A DNA stretch of 64,000 bases. Source: Epiperipatus broadwayi (lineage: Eukaryota; Animalia; Onychophora). The position numbers were made by a program, and so were the translations under genes. Positions within the stretch are counted from its first letter, which is position 1. Each line of letters opens with the position of its first letter. Positions 50,917 through 64,000 of this stretch are shown here, piece by piece. The DNA lies in assembly GCA_028023455.1 (NCBI GenBank), contig JAQFVV010000008.1:8246001-8310000 (forward strand), written 5' to 3'. The notes below the pieces were generated by a model. The model made no database searches and was not told the origin of the DNA. It was given only the letters and a program-made list of their open reading frames with translations.

Positions 50917-53900
50917 CTTAAAAGATTAAAAAAAAAAAAAAAATTAAACACATATATATATATATACCTTTCAGTCATTATTCAAAATTGGCAACTCATG
51001 TTTCTCATTAAAAGTTATTTTATATGAGTTTCTCTCTCTCTTATTTTTGTTTTGTTTTATTTAAATATATAACTAATCATTTTTAAAATCACCTACACAT
51101 TTTTTATTCATGCCTTTTTCCTAATCTATACTCAGTATTCTGCAACTTCAAGAATATATTTAAATCAAGTCTTCATCTGTAAGCTTATCTATTCAAAATT
51201 TCCTATTATTTTTTAAATAGATATAAAAAGAAATCTGACCCATATAAAGCTAAATGATAAAACTATCTTTTATAAGTATAATGTGGATAGGAAAGTGTGA
51301 ACATAAATATACACTGTACTGTGAACAAAAAATATTCTTTCCTGTCCCCAAATATTGTTCTCAACTACATTTAAAATATAGCCATTAGTATTATTTTATT
51401 TCATAATATAGACATCTGATAGGATTAATCTAAAATGATACTGATTATTATAAAAAAGTAGTTTTAATAGTTTTCAAATACTCTCTTGTTTGAAAAAGTA
51501 TCAGTGAATCCTCATTAAATATTCCAAAGAGAAGAAGAAAAAATTTAGATACAATTTTATCATGTTAAATCAAAATATGACTATGCCATAGAACTATTAA
51601 TGTTAGTCAAGCATTATTACAAATAACAAAATAATAATTGTATGGTTAGTTGTTCAGGAGATCAAGTGATTTTTGAGATTGCATGAGAACACAATAGTTC
51701 CATTCAAATGACGAAATTGAAATTTCTTAAAAGACTTTTAGCTCTTGTATTAGTCCATTTCTACCACTGAGTTATGTCACATAAAGTGTTTTGAAGAATA
51801 AGAATCCCTATAACAGTAAAAGAAAAAAAAAAATATCTAAAAGAAATCCAAGCATTGTTAATACAACTGTATTTATAAAACAATGCTCTAGAAATATCAT
51901 TAGAAACTTCAAAATGATCATGTAAATATAGCAAAAACATAAATGAAAATGAAATATCTATTAACATTTTTTAGTAAAAGAGGAACTGATGAATTTCACT
52001 TATTTTACTTACTCAGTGATGAATTATTCTTGGGATGAGATGAAGGAAAAACAAGAATAAAGAAAGCCTGTCAAGTTTGTCTGCAAAATGTTATATCCAA
52101 AAAAATTAATTTTCCACTAAAATTGTGATTAATAAATATTAACTATTTTATATTATGCAAAAATAACAAATTGATAAGAATACATTTAATAATGTTGAAT
52201 TATTGTTGCCCTTAAATTGTTACTAATTAGTCAAAAAAAAATTATTCAAAATGCATTAATAAGGACATTAACAAGATTCAATTTCCAAATCTAGAAATGT
52301 CAGATTAAAATTATTAACACTGAAGCAAAATTTTTTCAGCAATTAAATAATTAATAGATGAGAGGTAAATAAATTCATTGACCTTAAGCTTATTCCAACT
52401 GTAACAAATATGACATTTACTTTCATTGAGTATAAAAGAAAACAAAATATTTTACAGAAATAATAATAATAATATATATTATATGAAAAAGCAAGAATAT
52501 AACCAATTATCTTTAGGAGAGTATTACATAATCCAATTGATTTTACTACAACATTACAGCAAAAAATGTAATTACATTATGTGTATTTAACATTCCAATT
52601 AATTTTTGAAAGATATAATAACACAGGAATAAAAAATCAAGTACAAAAATTTCACACTGTACTATTCACAAACAAATATTGATAATAATTCTTTGTAATT
52701 AAGAACTGTAATGTTTTAAATGCTTTTGGCTTCAATATATTGCTCTAAATTATGTTGCTGATTTTTATAAAGAGTTTAAAATTTGATAAGAATCTTATTT
52801 TTTTTTATGATAATAATGTTCAAATAAAAAAAAAAATGTTTGTCAGATAAAACATTATTTATATAGAGTATATTTGCAACATGGATCAAATCATAATAGT
52901 CACAATTTCAAATTGCACAATTTATCTAATATTGATAAATATAATATCAATTTTATGATGAATACTAATAATCATATACTGGAGGTAAATGATATGTCAA
53001 TACAAAGCAAGGCATCAAATACTTGCATGGATTATAAGTAATTTATCCTAATATTGACTTGAGTAAGCTATGTAAAACCAATATTACTTCATCAAACCAT
53101 GTGCAAGAGCAGCATAAAGAGATGTTAAAAAAACAAAAAATTCAAAATCTATAAAAAAATAATCTTCAGTTTAAAGATTTTACAAAAGCTTTTTACATCC
53201 CTAAAAGCAACTGCATTGCATGAATAATAATAATAGCTCAATAAAATAATTTATGACAAATTAAAAACATACAATTCTTGTCACATGAATGAAAGTACTT
53301 AATTAATTAGCATTAATACTTGCCAAATTGATAACAATCTAAACTTTTCCACATTTATAAGTACATACAGTCTTTTCTATTTGTAATTTTAATGTAAATA
53401 AGTTTGTAAGCAATAAAGTTGTAAATAAGATGGGGGGGGGGGGATTAAGAAATTTTAAGTTTTTGACATATTTTTTTAGATGGATGAATGTACATGATTT
53501 ATTTTATTAGTTTTTATTTACTAGGAGTTAAAAAATGATGAAAACAATTAAAAATAAAAAAATCACCTTAATCATAATTATTGCTTTTTTCTTTGTTTTT
53601 ATAAATTCATCTTCCAATTATAATAGATATTTGTGTGTGTTACAATTCTGTTATTTAAAGAATATATTCTATAATGGCAGACAAAAAAATCAGAGAAATG
53701 GAACAAATGAAGAACAAAGTAGACTGAACATTACTTTAAAAACTTAACTTAAAAGTGTAATTATGGTTCAAATGCTAATCTTTATTATGCTATTATTTTG
53801 ATGCAGATGTACTAAAAATTAAATTTAATCCAATGTGATTAATATGCTAACTCTTTGATTCTTTTTTTTTGCAGAAGATTATTCATAAATATGTCTAAAC

Positions 53901-54662
53901 TTTATTAATATACTTATCCTGACAAAATATTCCTAGAAAAAAAATGTCATTCTTGACTGTTTTGACATAATGACATTGTTTCAAATGTATATTATCTGTG
54001 AGCAGTAATGACATGGATAGATTCTAATAACAGACTATTGTTATACCAAGTGAATATAAATTCAAAAACAATATTCGTTTTTGCTGTTAGAATATACTGA
54101 AATCTATCATAATAAATACATTTTATTAAAAAGATTGCAATTTGGATTGTTTTTTTTTTTTTTGATGCTCAATTAGAATGTTTGAACATTATTATGCTCA
54201 GTTGCAAAAAGAGCACATTGAATAATTTTTTTGAGAAACATTGCAACAAAAAATAATCAATCACTGTAGGTCAAAAAATATTATTCAAATGTACATATGG
54301 TCTCTGCTATTTTAAAGATTATTTTGATGGTTAGATCCTATAAAAAAATTAATAAAATGATCCTGTAAAAAAATTAATAAAATGATTTAAAATTTTCTAG
54401 ATAAATTAGACCCAATAGATTTTCATATATTTTGAATTAATATTTGTAAAGATTTAAAACTGAAAAGTATGAAATAATATCTAATGCTAATTAGTTTCAA
54501 AAAATAGGATCTATTAAGTTCATTCCACTGTTCAGGATGACAAAAATAAAGAAAAGTGAAAATTTATTAATAAAATAGGATTTAATAATTTAGTTAGATT
54601 TGATAAAAGTACCATGAATGAAAAAAGACCACAATCTATAGAAAAGAATTCATGCAATATAG

Positions 54663-55373
54663 TAGGGATGGCCAAGACGTCGACCGCAGTCCATCAGTCA
54701 ACCACCAGGTTTAGCTGATGTGAACATTGACAAATTATAGTGATAAATTCAGAGCTGATTTGAATATAATAAAAAATACAAAAAGTAAAAATTCAAAATT
54801 ATACTCATTTAAAAAATAGTTAAATTTAAAATAATACTTGTTGTTATTGATCTCAAAAATAAATCCAGTTTGGAAGAAGATGAAAAGAATTAAATACAAT
54901 TCTAAAACAATAATTTTCTTTTTATTCTTTATATTTTCTTGAATTTTTTTTAAAATTCTGGACTAGCTCTAAAAAATAATTATTTATAGATAATTTAATA
55001 ATTGTAATTTAATAAATATTTTATAAAGTGAAATGAACAAATTGTAATACTAAAAGGGAGCTGAGGTAATTTAATAGTAGTTGACAGTTCATATCTTATA
55101 ATAAAAAAAAATTCATCAATTCGTAAGTATCTTCTAAAAACGTCACCAATATTCATGAATACCTCAAAAGCCCTTATAAAAAATAACACCAATTCATAAG
55201 TACATTCTAAAAAAACAGTACTTTGAACCATTATTTTTTCTGTTCTGGTTTTCGTTCCGGCAAAAGTAACGGTTTTTTTTCTGGTTCGAAGCCTTGGGAA
55301 AAAAGGAGTTTCCCTCAGGTACACTTTCACCACAAAAAATCATCTCCAACATCTAAAAGTTTGGCCACCCCTG
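54663..55373. mobile_element. Non-autonomous hAT element in the last cdc25 intron
   Basis: TIRs TAGGGATGGCCAA / CAGGGGTGGCCAA and an exact 8-bp TSD CAATATAG (54655-54662, 55374-55381). Confidence 0.88.
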
Positions 55374-56375
55374 CAATATAGCAATAATGACTTTTATTTT
55401 AATGCAGAGAATCAGAGAAAGACAAATTTCTGGTTAAAACATTGGATTTCAATAGATTTGATTGTTTTGATCTTTCTGTTTTCTAAGAGTAATTGAACTG
55501 TTTTATTACTTCTAACCATTTGTACCCTACATACTCAAGAAAATTAAAAATATCGTTTGTCATAATATATAAACTCCTGTTTGTAATAAATACTTTTTTT
55601 TTTGTTCTTTTTATTATAAAATATTATTATTTATTAATCCACTGTAGAATTATAAATTAAAATTTTATCACAATAAATAAAAACACTACACAATTATCCT
55701 TTTCTTATTTTTACAAAAGAGAGAAAATTAACAATGATCAGGTTAAGTAAATAAGTTTAATTACATATATGAAGAAAATTCTCTATCACTCAGTTGATCT
55801 AAGCAATTTTAAAAATACTTTTGCATGTACATGCATTCATATGCATTATGACATAATAATTAGCACACCAGAATGCTAGGTTCATAATCAGGGATTTGAA
55901 AATTATGAAAGATTAGATTTCTTGAGAGAGGCAATGATTTCCAGGCTTCTACAATAGGAATTTTCTCACAGGAAGCTGTGCCAAGGGTAAATTAGACAGT
56001 TATGTAATTATTGAATGGATCTAGATATTATTAACTAAAGAGAAAAATAAAAAAAAAACAGAATGAAAAAAGCTTCACCACTCAGCAATTGTCTAGCTTA
56101 ATGTGAATTATCTTTTTTATTATTCCTTCCTCTGAAGAAGGGAGAGAGGCCTTTCGCCTATCGTATTTTGCCAATATACACAAAACTAAAAAATCTGACA
56201 ATTTAAATTAAAACAATACTTTTGACCATAAGATCATCAATAAACGTTGCCATATTAAATTCTCTGTAATACTTAAATGCACACACTCATGCATGTATAT
56301 TTTCATATACAGTATATTAGATATTCTTAATTATCTATTTATTTTTATGTCATTACTGTTAATTTTTTTAATTAC

Positions 56376-56493
56376 CTTGAAAGACTCATAAAATGCTTTA
56401 TAGCCTCCATGTAAAATGTACATTTCTGGATAGTGTAATCGAGGATAACATTCTTTGTTTAAATTACGGTCCTTATTTCTAAGAAATCTAGTC
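56376..56493 (-). CDS. cdc25: Cdc25 exon (TRFLRNKDRNLNKECYPRLHYPEMYILHGGYKAFYESFK)
   Basis: Canonical Cdc25 R-x2-DR...YP-x-L-x-YPE-x-Y-x-L-x-GGY motif. AG/GT boundaries, phase 2 in and phase 0 out. Confidence 0.96.
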
Positions 56494-56585
56494 CTGTAAA
56501 ATAATAGCAATAACAAATTAAAAAAGGTAAATAAATTAATTACTTCAGTACTTTTTTTAAAATTATTTTTTACTAAATTACTTAC

Positions 56586-56719
56586 AAACTCGGACCTCTC
56601 TCAGAAGAAAATTCACAGTGAAAAATAAGTATATGTCTATTTTCTTTAGAAATAATAGCTGGAGGAAATGACAGGAACTCTTTGATTATACCTTCTTTGG
56701 TATAAATATTCTTTGCATT
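56586..56719 (-). CDS. cdc25: Cdc25 catalytic exon (NAKNIYTKEGIIKEFL...ILIFHCEFSSERGPS)
   Basis: Catalytic CX5R loop HCEFSSERGP. Acceptor after a poly-T tract and a GTAAGT donor. Frame-compatible with both neighbours. Confidence 0.97.
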
Positions 56720-59700
56720 CTAAAAAAAAAAATCATTTATTGACAACTACAATTATTCTCAACCATACATTTAATTTTAATATCTTCATAAGAATATTCA
56801 ATTATGAAGACATAGCACAATGAAATAACAGCTCAGAAAATAAATAAATAAAAATTAATAGTTATACATATATAATTTGAAATTCTTAAAGTAAGTCAAT
56901 AATAATATTATCTATTATTATTTTCTACTTTTTCTTTAAATACAATGTAATTGTATTTTATATGAAAAATTCATTTCTGAAGATTTTAACATGTGAGAAG
57001 ACAATAAATATATGCTATAAATATTATGAACATGCATTTTTGAGAATACCTTAATTTTACATTTATTTTTATATTAAATGCACTTTGGTTAATGATCTTT
57101 GCCAACCTAAAGCTTTTATTAATTTTTTATTTTTTTTATTTTTCAGCATCACCTCTAATATTTTGTATATTACTTTTTTTCTAAATTGACAGCATATTAT
57201 AGACTTGTTAAACCTTAGGAAAACTATTTCCAAAATGATTTGTGGAAACTTTTCAAACAGAATCTCTTTAAAAAAAAAAAAAATCTGAAAAGTGTGAAAA
57301 GATGGATGATATATATTTTTTTGGCCAGTATATTTTAAAAGATAAAAATTTAATTAATTTTAATTGAAATCTTTTTAACAAATCAACAAGGAATACATAT
57401 ATTCATATCATAAGCAATAGCAGTATTCAGCTTATATGTAATATTTTTGATAATAAAAATATAAATCAATAATATTAATATCTTGTTTTTGAAAAATATG
57501 TCAAAAAATATTTAAATTTAGTTTTTTTAACTGCACAAATTAATTTTCAAATATTATTTTTAACAATCCCTAAAATTAAAAATTGTTTCTAAAGATCAAT
57601 ATTTTTAAGTGAGCACCATTTTTCACTTTGCAGTGAAGTAGTCCGTTTTCAATGTAATACATATACTAAGAACATTTAATTTACCATAATAAATATATAT
57701 ATTATCTTCAAATTGACAAGAGATGACTATTGCCAAAATTTTTAATACATTTTTTACAAAATTAATTTAACAAGATACTTTTTATATATTAAAAATTATT
57801 AAACATATAAAAGTTTTTTATTTTATTTTTAGATACAACATTATTAATATTAATGCAAAATAATACTCATACAGACTGACCATGAATATGTCATGAAAAC
57901 GTCGAAAATATACTTGGTACAATTATATTTTAAAAAATTTATATTTAAACTCTGTATGAATATTATTTTACACTACTATCTAGAATGGCAGAATATAGAA
58001 ATGTAAAACATAATTAATATATAATAAAATATACTTATTGGAAATTGTATTTTCTCAAAATGGCATTCCAATAGTTAATCTTTAATCAAGTTGGCCTAAA
58101 GAGATATTATCTTCATAAAAAAAAATACCAAGAAGCAAATAACATTTCATTTTTTAACTGAGTACTTTCTAATTTAAAAATCAGAAAAAAAATTTTAATT
58201 TTCTGATTTAAAATAAAGTGATAAAATATAGAAATATACAAGTAATTCTGAAAAGCAGATTATAATTTTCAAAAATTTTTTAATATATATATTTTTTAAA
58301 AATATACTATTATTTTCACAATATGAAGATCCTGCACATACAGTTTAATTATGTATGTATTATAAAAAGTATAATAATTAAGAACAATTCAAAATTATAA
58401 TATTAAAAATACAAAAGCAAATGTAATATCAACATTTACATAGAGAGAGATATTATGAATTAGAATTAAAATAAAAAACAAACTGTTGTAGATATAATAA
58501 TTACGATTAAATTTCTGAATTCCAATGTTATTAACAGTATTAAAATCAAAGATATTTTAAAAATGAGAAAAAAATATATTAAAAATCCATGGATTTTTTT
58601 TTTTAGATAATTATTATTTTATTTCACTTTTTTTTCTTTTCAAAATCTCAGTTTGCTGACACTATATGAATCTTTTTTTAAAATATAAAGTTAAAAAATT
58701 GAAAAAAAAAAAAATTAACAAACTTGTTGATATATTTATGCACAAGATGTCTAAAGAATAAAATTCTTAAAAGAAAAGCATCATATATGCACACATATAT
58801 AATTTTCCTTTGCTGAACATGTAATATTAAGAACAATGAATAACATGGACTCCATATGTTCAATAATTACTAAAATAGAACTATATCAGGGATCGTAGTG
58901 CAGTATTTTTAATTGTTGTAGATTTACAAATATTTATATTTCTTTACTTAGCTTAAATTTATGAAACAATTCTCATGATTCTCATCATCTAAAGAAACAT
59001 TTCTTATTTTTTAAAGAGAACAAATAAATAAAAAAATTATAACATTTTATATACTCCTTCAGCAGGAGTCTGCCTGTCTCATTTATAATTTCAGATTACA
59101 TATGTAGATATGTATGTTCCTTCTTGTACAAATAATAAGCTCCAACAGTGAGTAAAAGCCCTACTGGATTTTACTGAACTCATAGGTAAGTAAGTGATGT
59201 GCATATTATTTTTTAAATGAAAAAACAAAAAAAAAATATTGATAATTCTGTATTTTAAAAATTATACCATTAAATAAAATAATTACTTCTATGTGGCTTT
59301 GTTTTAATCAGAAGATAGTAATGCTAAATTTTTTTTTTTTCAAGATAGACTAAATGTATATAAAAAAAATTGCTTCTCCTTGTTTCTTTTTGCTAGAGTA
59401 AATAACATGTTTTGTATAGTTATCTTTTTTTTAATCCATTTCTGAAACGCAAAATTCATATATGCTTTTATAACTTTACATACAGTATTTGTACATATAG
59501 TATTATATACATACAATTTTATTCATAATATTGTGCCCATATTAAGAAAAACAGCATATATATTGTGCATATACAATTGAAAATGACTCTAATTCAGAAT
59601 TAACTGCATATGTGCACACACACATGCACATCTGTGTCTGCTATTTATAGATTACTGAATTGACAATCTTGGTATTTATTTCCAGCCCCATAAATAATTC

Positions 59701-60235
59701 AGTTTTTTATTAATAATTGAATAAAATTTTTGAATGTTTTTTCTATTTCAATATTTTCAATTGTTGTAGGCTTACAATTAACTAAATTTCTTTAATTAGC
59801 TTTAAAAAATTGAATTATGCAATATTTATGAAGATGTTTTAAATGTGATTAAAATTATAAAATTTTAACAATATGAAATTGCTAAAAAAATTTCAATAAA
59901 TAATGTTAGTATCAAAATATTAAAAAAAAAATCGTATTACATGTTCTCTAAGAATTTTACAGACACTTATTCCTAAAGGTAAATATTACTTAATATAATA
60001 ATGTACGTTTAATAAAATTTATATTTACAATATTTATAATAGAAAAAAATCATCTATAAGTATGCACTTTCAAAAATTTAAATTGAATAGTAATCTGGCA
60101 TTAGCATTAGATGAATAATGTTAGCATTTATTTCCAATCTAGTAAATATTCTATTAGTTTTTTATTAATTAAATAAAGTTTTGGATTAGCATATAATACA
60201 AAAATTCTGGAACAAATTATCTTCATAGTCTACAT

Positions 60236-60970
60236 CAGAAGTGGTGAACCTTTTTTCTGTCAAAGGCCATTTGGATATTTATAATATCATTCATGAGCCA
60301 TACAAAATTATCGACTTAAAAATTAACCTGCTAAATAATTAATTTATCCCTAATCATTAGTGATAGGCAACCTTTTCAATTGGAAGGTTAATTTCAACTT
60401 TGCCTTTTTAAATGAGGGTTATCATTTTTTTATGAATTAAAAATAAAGTATTATCATTATTATTGACTGTTCCACATTTAAGGACAATTTTTCCAATTCA
60501 CCTTGTAATTATTCTTCGTGACATATTTAAATTCTTGAATATCTTTTTATATTCTGGACAAATTAATTTTATAGCAGTTAGCATGCACTCATTTATAAAC
60601 TTACCTCCAGAAAATAATTCTGAATTTTCCGAGAGGTTTTTTTTTTTGAAATAATATAATTTGCTTTTACAAAATTTTCTGACTGGTTTGTACTTCTTAT
60701 GAAATATACCAGCCACTTAATTAATGAAGCTCCTTTTTAAATTTTTTATTTTAATATTTCTTTCTTCCTCAACAGTTTTGTTATAATCAGAATGTTTTGA
60801 TAAATAGGGTCTCTTAATATTGTGTTCTTTATTAACTGAAATACTTTCCACACATATTAGGCACATCTTTTTACTAATTTTCCCCATAAAAAGATATGTA
60901 TTCATCCATGTCTTTTAAAATGTGCACTTTTCTGTGTTAATTTTTTTTATATTACTTGGTGAAGCCATCC

Positions 60971-61036
<66 letters not shown>

Positions 61037-61402
61037 TTAAATGTAAAATAATAATAGAACAAAATAAAATTTGAGTTTTATTTTTGCTAGTATATATTCA
61101 TCTGCAAAAATCATTATTAAAAACAAACAAAATGCCTGTGTTATAGATAAAATTTGTAGTCAAACAAACCACATAATATAAGTAATTTATTAAAATATTG
61201 CATCTCGGATAAAATGAAAGTTGGAGAAAGAAAGAAATGTAGATTAAAATTTTTTTTTTTAAATTTCACTTAACTCTTAATTCAATATTTGCACTATATG
61301 CATATTTAAATAGAAGTTTTATACAGGGCTACTTTATATACATTGGAAATTGTACGTGGGCTACATTGAGAGCTTTTGAGGACTAACAGTTCCCCATCCC
61401 TG
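60236..61402 (-). mobile_element. hAT (Buster/Charlie/SPIN-like, GTF2IRD2-type) internally deleted transposon in a cdc25 intron
   Basis: TIRs CAG(AA/GG)(G/A)TGG(T/G)GAAC and TSD GT(C/G)TACAT with central TA. ORFs 60717-60905 (CLICVESISVNKEHNIKRPYLSKH) and 60498-60716 (FSGGKFINECML...NMSRRIITR) match the SPIN-type N-terminus. Confidence 0.87.
60971..61033. repeat. (TAA)n microsatellite, about 21 units
   Basis: Direct reading. Confidence 0.95.
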
Positions 61403-61943
61403 GTGTACATCTTGAAATCAGGCAGCACTAACAACTCATAAAGTCAAAGCAAGCTACATCTTAAATTTCTTTGATTTTAAATAGCTACATATTTATTTCA
61501 CAATGCATATCCAGAGATTAAAGTTAAGGAATTTATGAAAATATGTAGATTATGCACATTATTCAATTTAAAGAAATTACAATTCTCAATAAAATTTTCA
61601 AAATGAGTTAATACTATATATAAATAATTTTAAGTAAAGAAAAACTATGGTTAATAAAAGTAAACAGAAAAAAAAAAAAAGAAATAAAAGTTAACTAAAA
61701 ATAAAATTTCACAAAAGTTCTTATTAAAGAAAATAACAAAGTCTTTGTCAGAATATCAATTAAAAGCACATAAATTGTAAAGAATTGTTTTTTTTTTTTT
61801 TACAATTTCTTTTAACAAGTTTACACAGTACTATAATTAATTATTTTTTACTCTTAAACAATTCAAAGTTCTTAAAAAAAATTTGAAATATGCAAAATAA
61901 ATGAAAGAAAGGCAATTCACCTAGAATAATTTTGAATACATAC

Positions 61944-62042
61944 CCTTATATGGCCACCATCATATTCATAAGGATACCGACAATCAACTATGGTAAAATG
62001 ATCTATCACATTACAATACTGCTGGTTCATCAATTTAGAAAG
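61944..62042 (-). CDS. cdc25: Cdc25 exon (LSKLMNQQYCNVIDHFTIVDCRYPYEYDGGHIR)
   Basis: Diagnostic DCRYPYEY-x-GGHI motif, 99 nt, CCAG acceptor and GTATGT donor. Upstream exons were not found within the window. Confidence 0.96.
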
Positions 62043-62360
62043 CTGGAATAAAAATTAAACAAAATAAATAAAATTTTTTATTGTATAACAATTAAAAACA
62101 ACTGTGTTTATATAAAACAAAAGTAGGAGTAGTTTCAAAAATCTGAAATAATATTCTAAAACAAAGAGGTAGTTGATATAATTTCATCTTTTCATAAATT
62201 TAGATTTGATTTGTAAGTCTAAATCAACAATGAAATAAGACTTTTTTTTTTCAATAAAAAGATTCAATACACAAATACAAATAATATGATATAATTAGTT
62301 ATATCTGATTTAAAATATATAATTTTTTTTATAAAATTACAGATTTGCACTTTATTTTTA

Positions 62361-63601
62361 AATAATAATAAAAAAAATAATAATTTTTTACAACACTATA
62401 TAATCAAATAATAATTTTATACATTAAAAAGCTTTTTTTCAGCACCTGCTTTGGTGTTCTTTTCAAATGTGACTAATCTATTTAACGTTTAAGAATCACC
62501 TGACATAAAACCATCCAGTGTCCAATAATGGAATTAAAACAAACAATAATAATATAAATAATTAAAACAAATCAAAACCCTCATATATAAATTCAATAAT
62601 TACAAAAAAAAAAAGATTGTATCATAACATTATGTTAAACAATATTACATGCACTTTTTATATAATTATTTATATAATTTTCCATTCATTTTTAATCAAT
62701 CAATTATTAACCAAATTTGTAAAAGTCTTATAAATATTCATACAATTAGTCAAATTATTTTTAATATAATACGTTACATATGTTTTCTTTCTTTTTGGAT
62801 CTTTAATGAAATTTAAATATTTAATATTTTTTTGTAGCATCTATTCTATGGCCATATTGCAAGTAATGAATATATAATGCAGACCTCTTCTTTTAATAGC
62901 ATTGTTATATTCTTTGGCTCTTACCTCTAATTGTTTTCCAGTATGCCCAAAGTAAATCATTTTACAATATCACATGTAATTTTATATACAATTCCTTTTT
63001 TGAACTATAAATCACCCTTAACCTATAAATAGGTAATTTACTTTGGGCATACTGGAAAACAATTAGAGGTAAGAGCCAAAGAATATAATAATGCTATTAA
63101 AAGAGATGATAGGTCTGCATTATATATTCACTACTTGCAATATGGCCATAGAATAGATGCTACAAAAAGTATTAAATTTCATTAAAGATCCAAAAAGAAG
63201 GCAAATATATGAAGCATATTATATTACAAATAATTTGAATTGTATGAATATTTATAAGACTTCTACAAATTTGGTTGATTAAAAATGAATGGAAAATTAT
63301 ATAAATAATTGTATAAAAAATGCATGTAATATTATTTAACATAATGTTATGATATAATCAATTTTTTTTTGTAATTATTAAATTTATATATGAGGGTTTT
63401 GATTTGTTTTAATTATTTATATTATCATTGCTTGATTAAATTCCATTATTAGACACTGGATGGTTTTATGTCAGGTGATTCGTTAAATAGATTAGTCACA
63501 TTTGAAAAGGGCAGGTGCTGAAAAAAAGCTTTTTAATGTATAAAATTATTATTTGATTATATAGCTGTTGTAAAGAATTATTATTTTTTTGATTATTATT
63601 T
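62361..63601. mobile_element. Head-to-head inverted duplication of a 5'-truncated Penelope-like element (~1.24-kb palindrome)
   Basis: Arms 62361-62957 and 63036-63601 are reverse complements around a 78-bp spacer. The inner ends encode GIY-YIG (GIVYKITCD..IYFGHTGKQLEVRAKEY...SALYIH...GHRID). Confidence 0.9.
62421..62471 (-). ncRNA. Minimal hammerhead-like motif (U3-A8 core) in the PLE palindrome arm
   Basis: ACAT-TTGAAAA-GAACACC(AAAGCA)GGTGCT-GAAA-AAAAGCTTTT-TA-ATGT. The mirrored copy at ~63497-63539 has a stem II deletion. Confidence 0.5.
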
Positions 63602-64000
63602 CACCAAAGAGCAGCATAAGGATTTTTATTCCTTTCCAATTTTGATATTTTTAAATAAATAGCAAATATAATTTAGCTTCACAGTTATATATATTGTAAC
63701 CCTGTACTTTGTACATTGTTTCATGTACATGCTAACTTAAAGTAGTAGTCATATTAGTTAATGTTTTATAAAAAAAAAAAAAGTAAATAATAAATAAATT
63801 AAGGTTAAAGACTAGCACTTCGTTATATGCAGGTTATTTTGTCAGCATGGATATAAAATATATGCCAATATTATACTTTTATTTGTATAATTAATTAATG
63901 ATTTGTAGTTGTGTAAAATATTATATTAAAATAGTACTGTATTTGTAATTATGAGACCTACACTTGAATAAAGTTAAAATAGGGTTGAATTGTTATAAGA

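Noticed and set aside
54995-55333. 112-aa ORF inside the hAT MITE
   Set aside because: No transposase motif; it is a chance ORF.
56125-56165. CTGAAGA followed by a small stem
   Set aside because: There is no GAAA or stem I, so it is not a hammerhead.
62043-64000. Search for the next upstream cdc25 exon (GDFS...DLKxIS-type motif)
   Set aside because: Not found; presumed to lie outside the window.

Overview
Very AT-rich, CpG-depleted animal genomic DNA, probably arthropod (taxon is an inference). The only host gene I can support is the 3' half of a Cdc25/string dual-specificity phosphatase on the minus strand. I assembled four exons by hand (62042-61944, 56719-56586, 56493-56376, 50916-50776); they carry DCRYPYEYDGGHI, the catalytic HCEFSSERGP and YPEMYILHGGY, and the 5' exons lie beyond the window. 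Most of the rest is decayed, nested transposons. These include an RTE-clade LINE split by two Merlin-type DNA elements (one a 2.1-kb foldback), four or five Penelope-like element (PLE) pieces (three with inverted structure), two Gypsy LTR remnants, several hAT elements with 8-bp TSDs, a Tc1/mariner MITE and a short tRNA-derived SINE with a 17-bp TSD. The most notable signal is three distinct families of hammerhead-ribozyme-like folds. Two are in PLE termini, which is expected, and one of these has a U3-A8 core. The third is in a Gypsy LTR-like repeat, present twice, with a swapped U15.1-A16.1 pair and a compensatory stem I change. Three CpG-retaining unique stretches look like promoters or enhancers. 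All translations, alignments and folds were done by eye; TE boundaries without a TSD are approximate.
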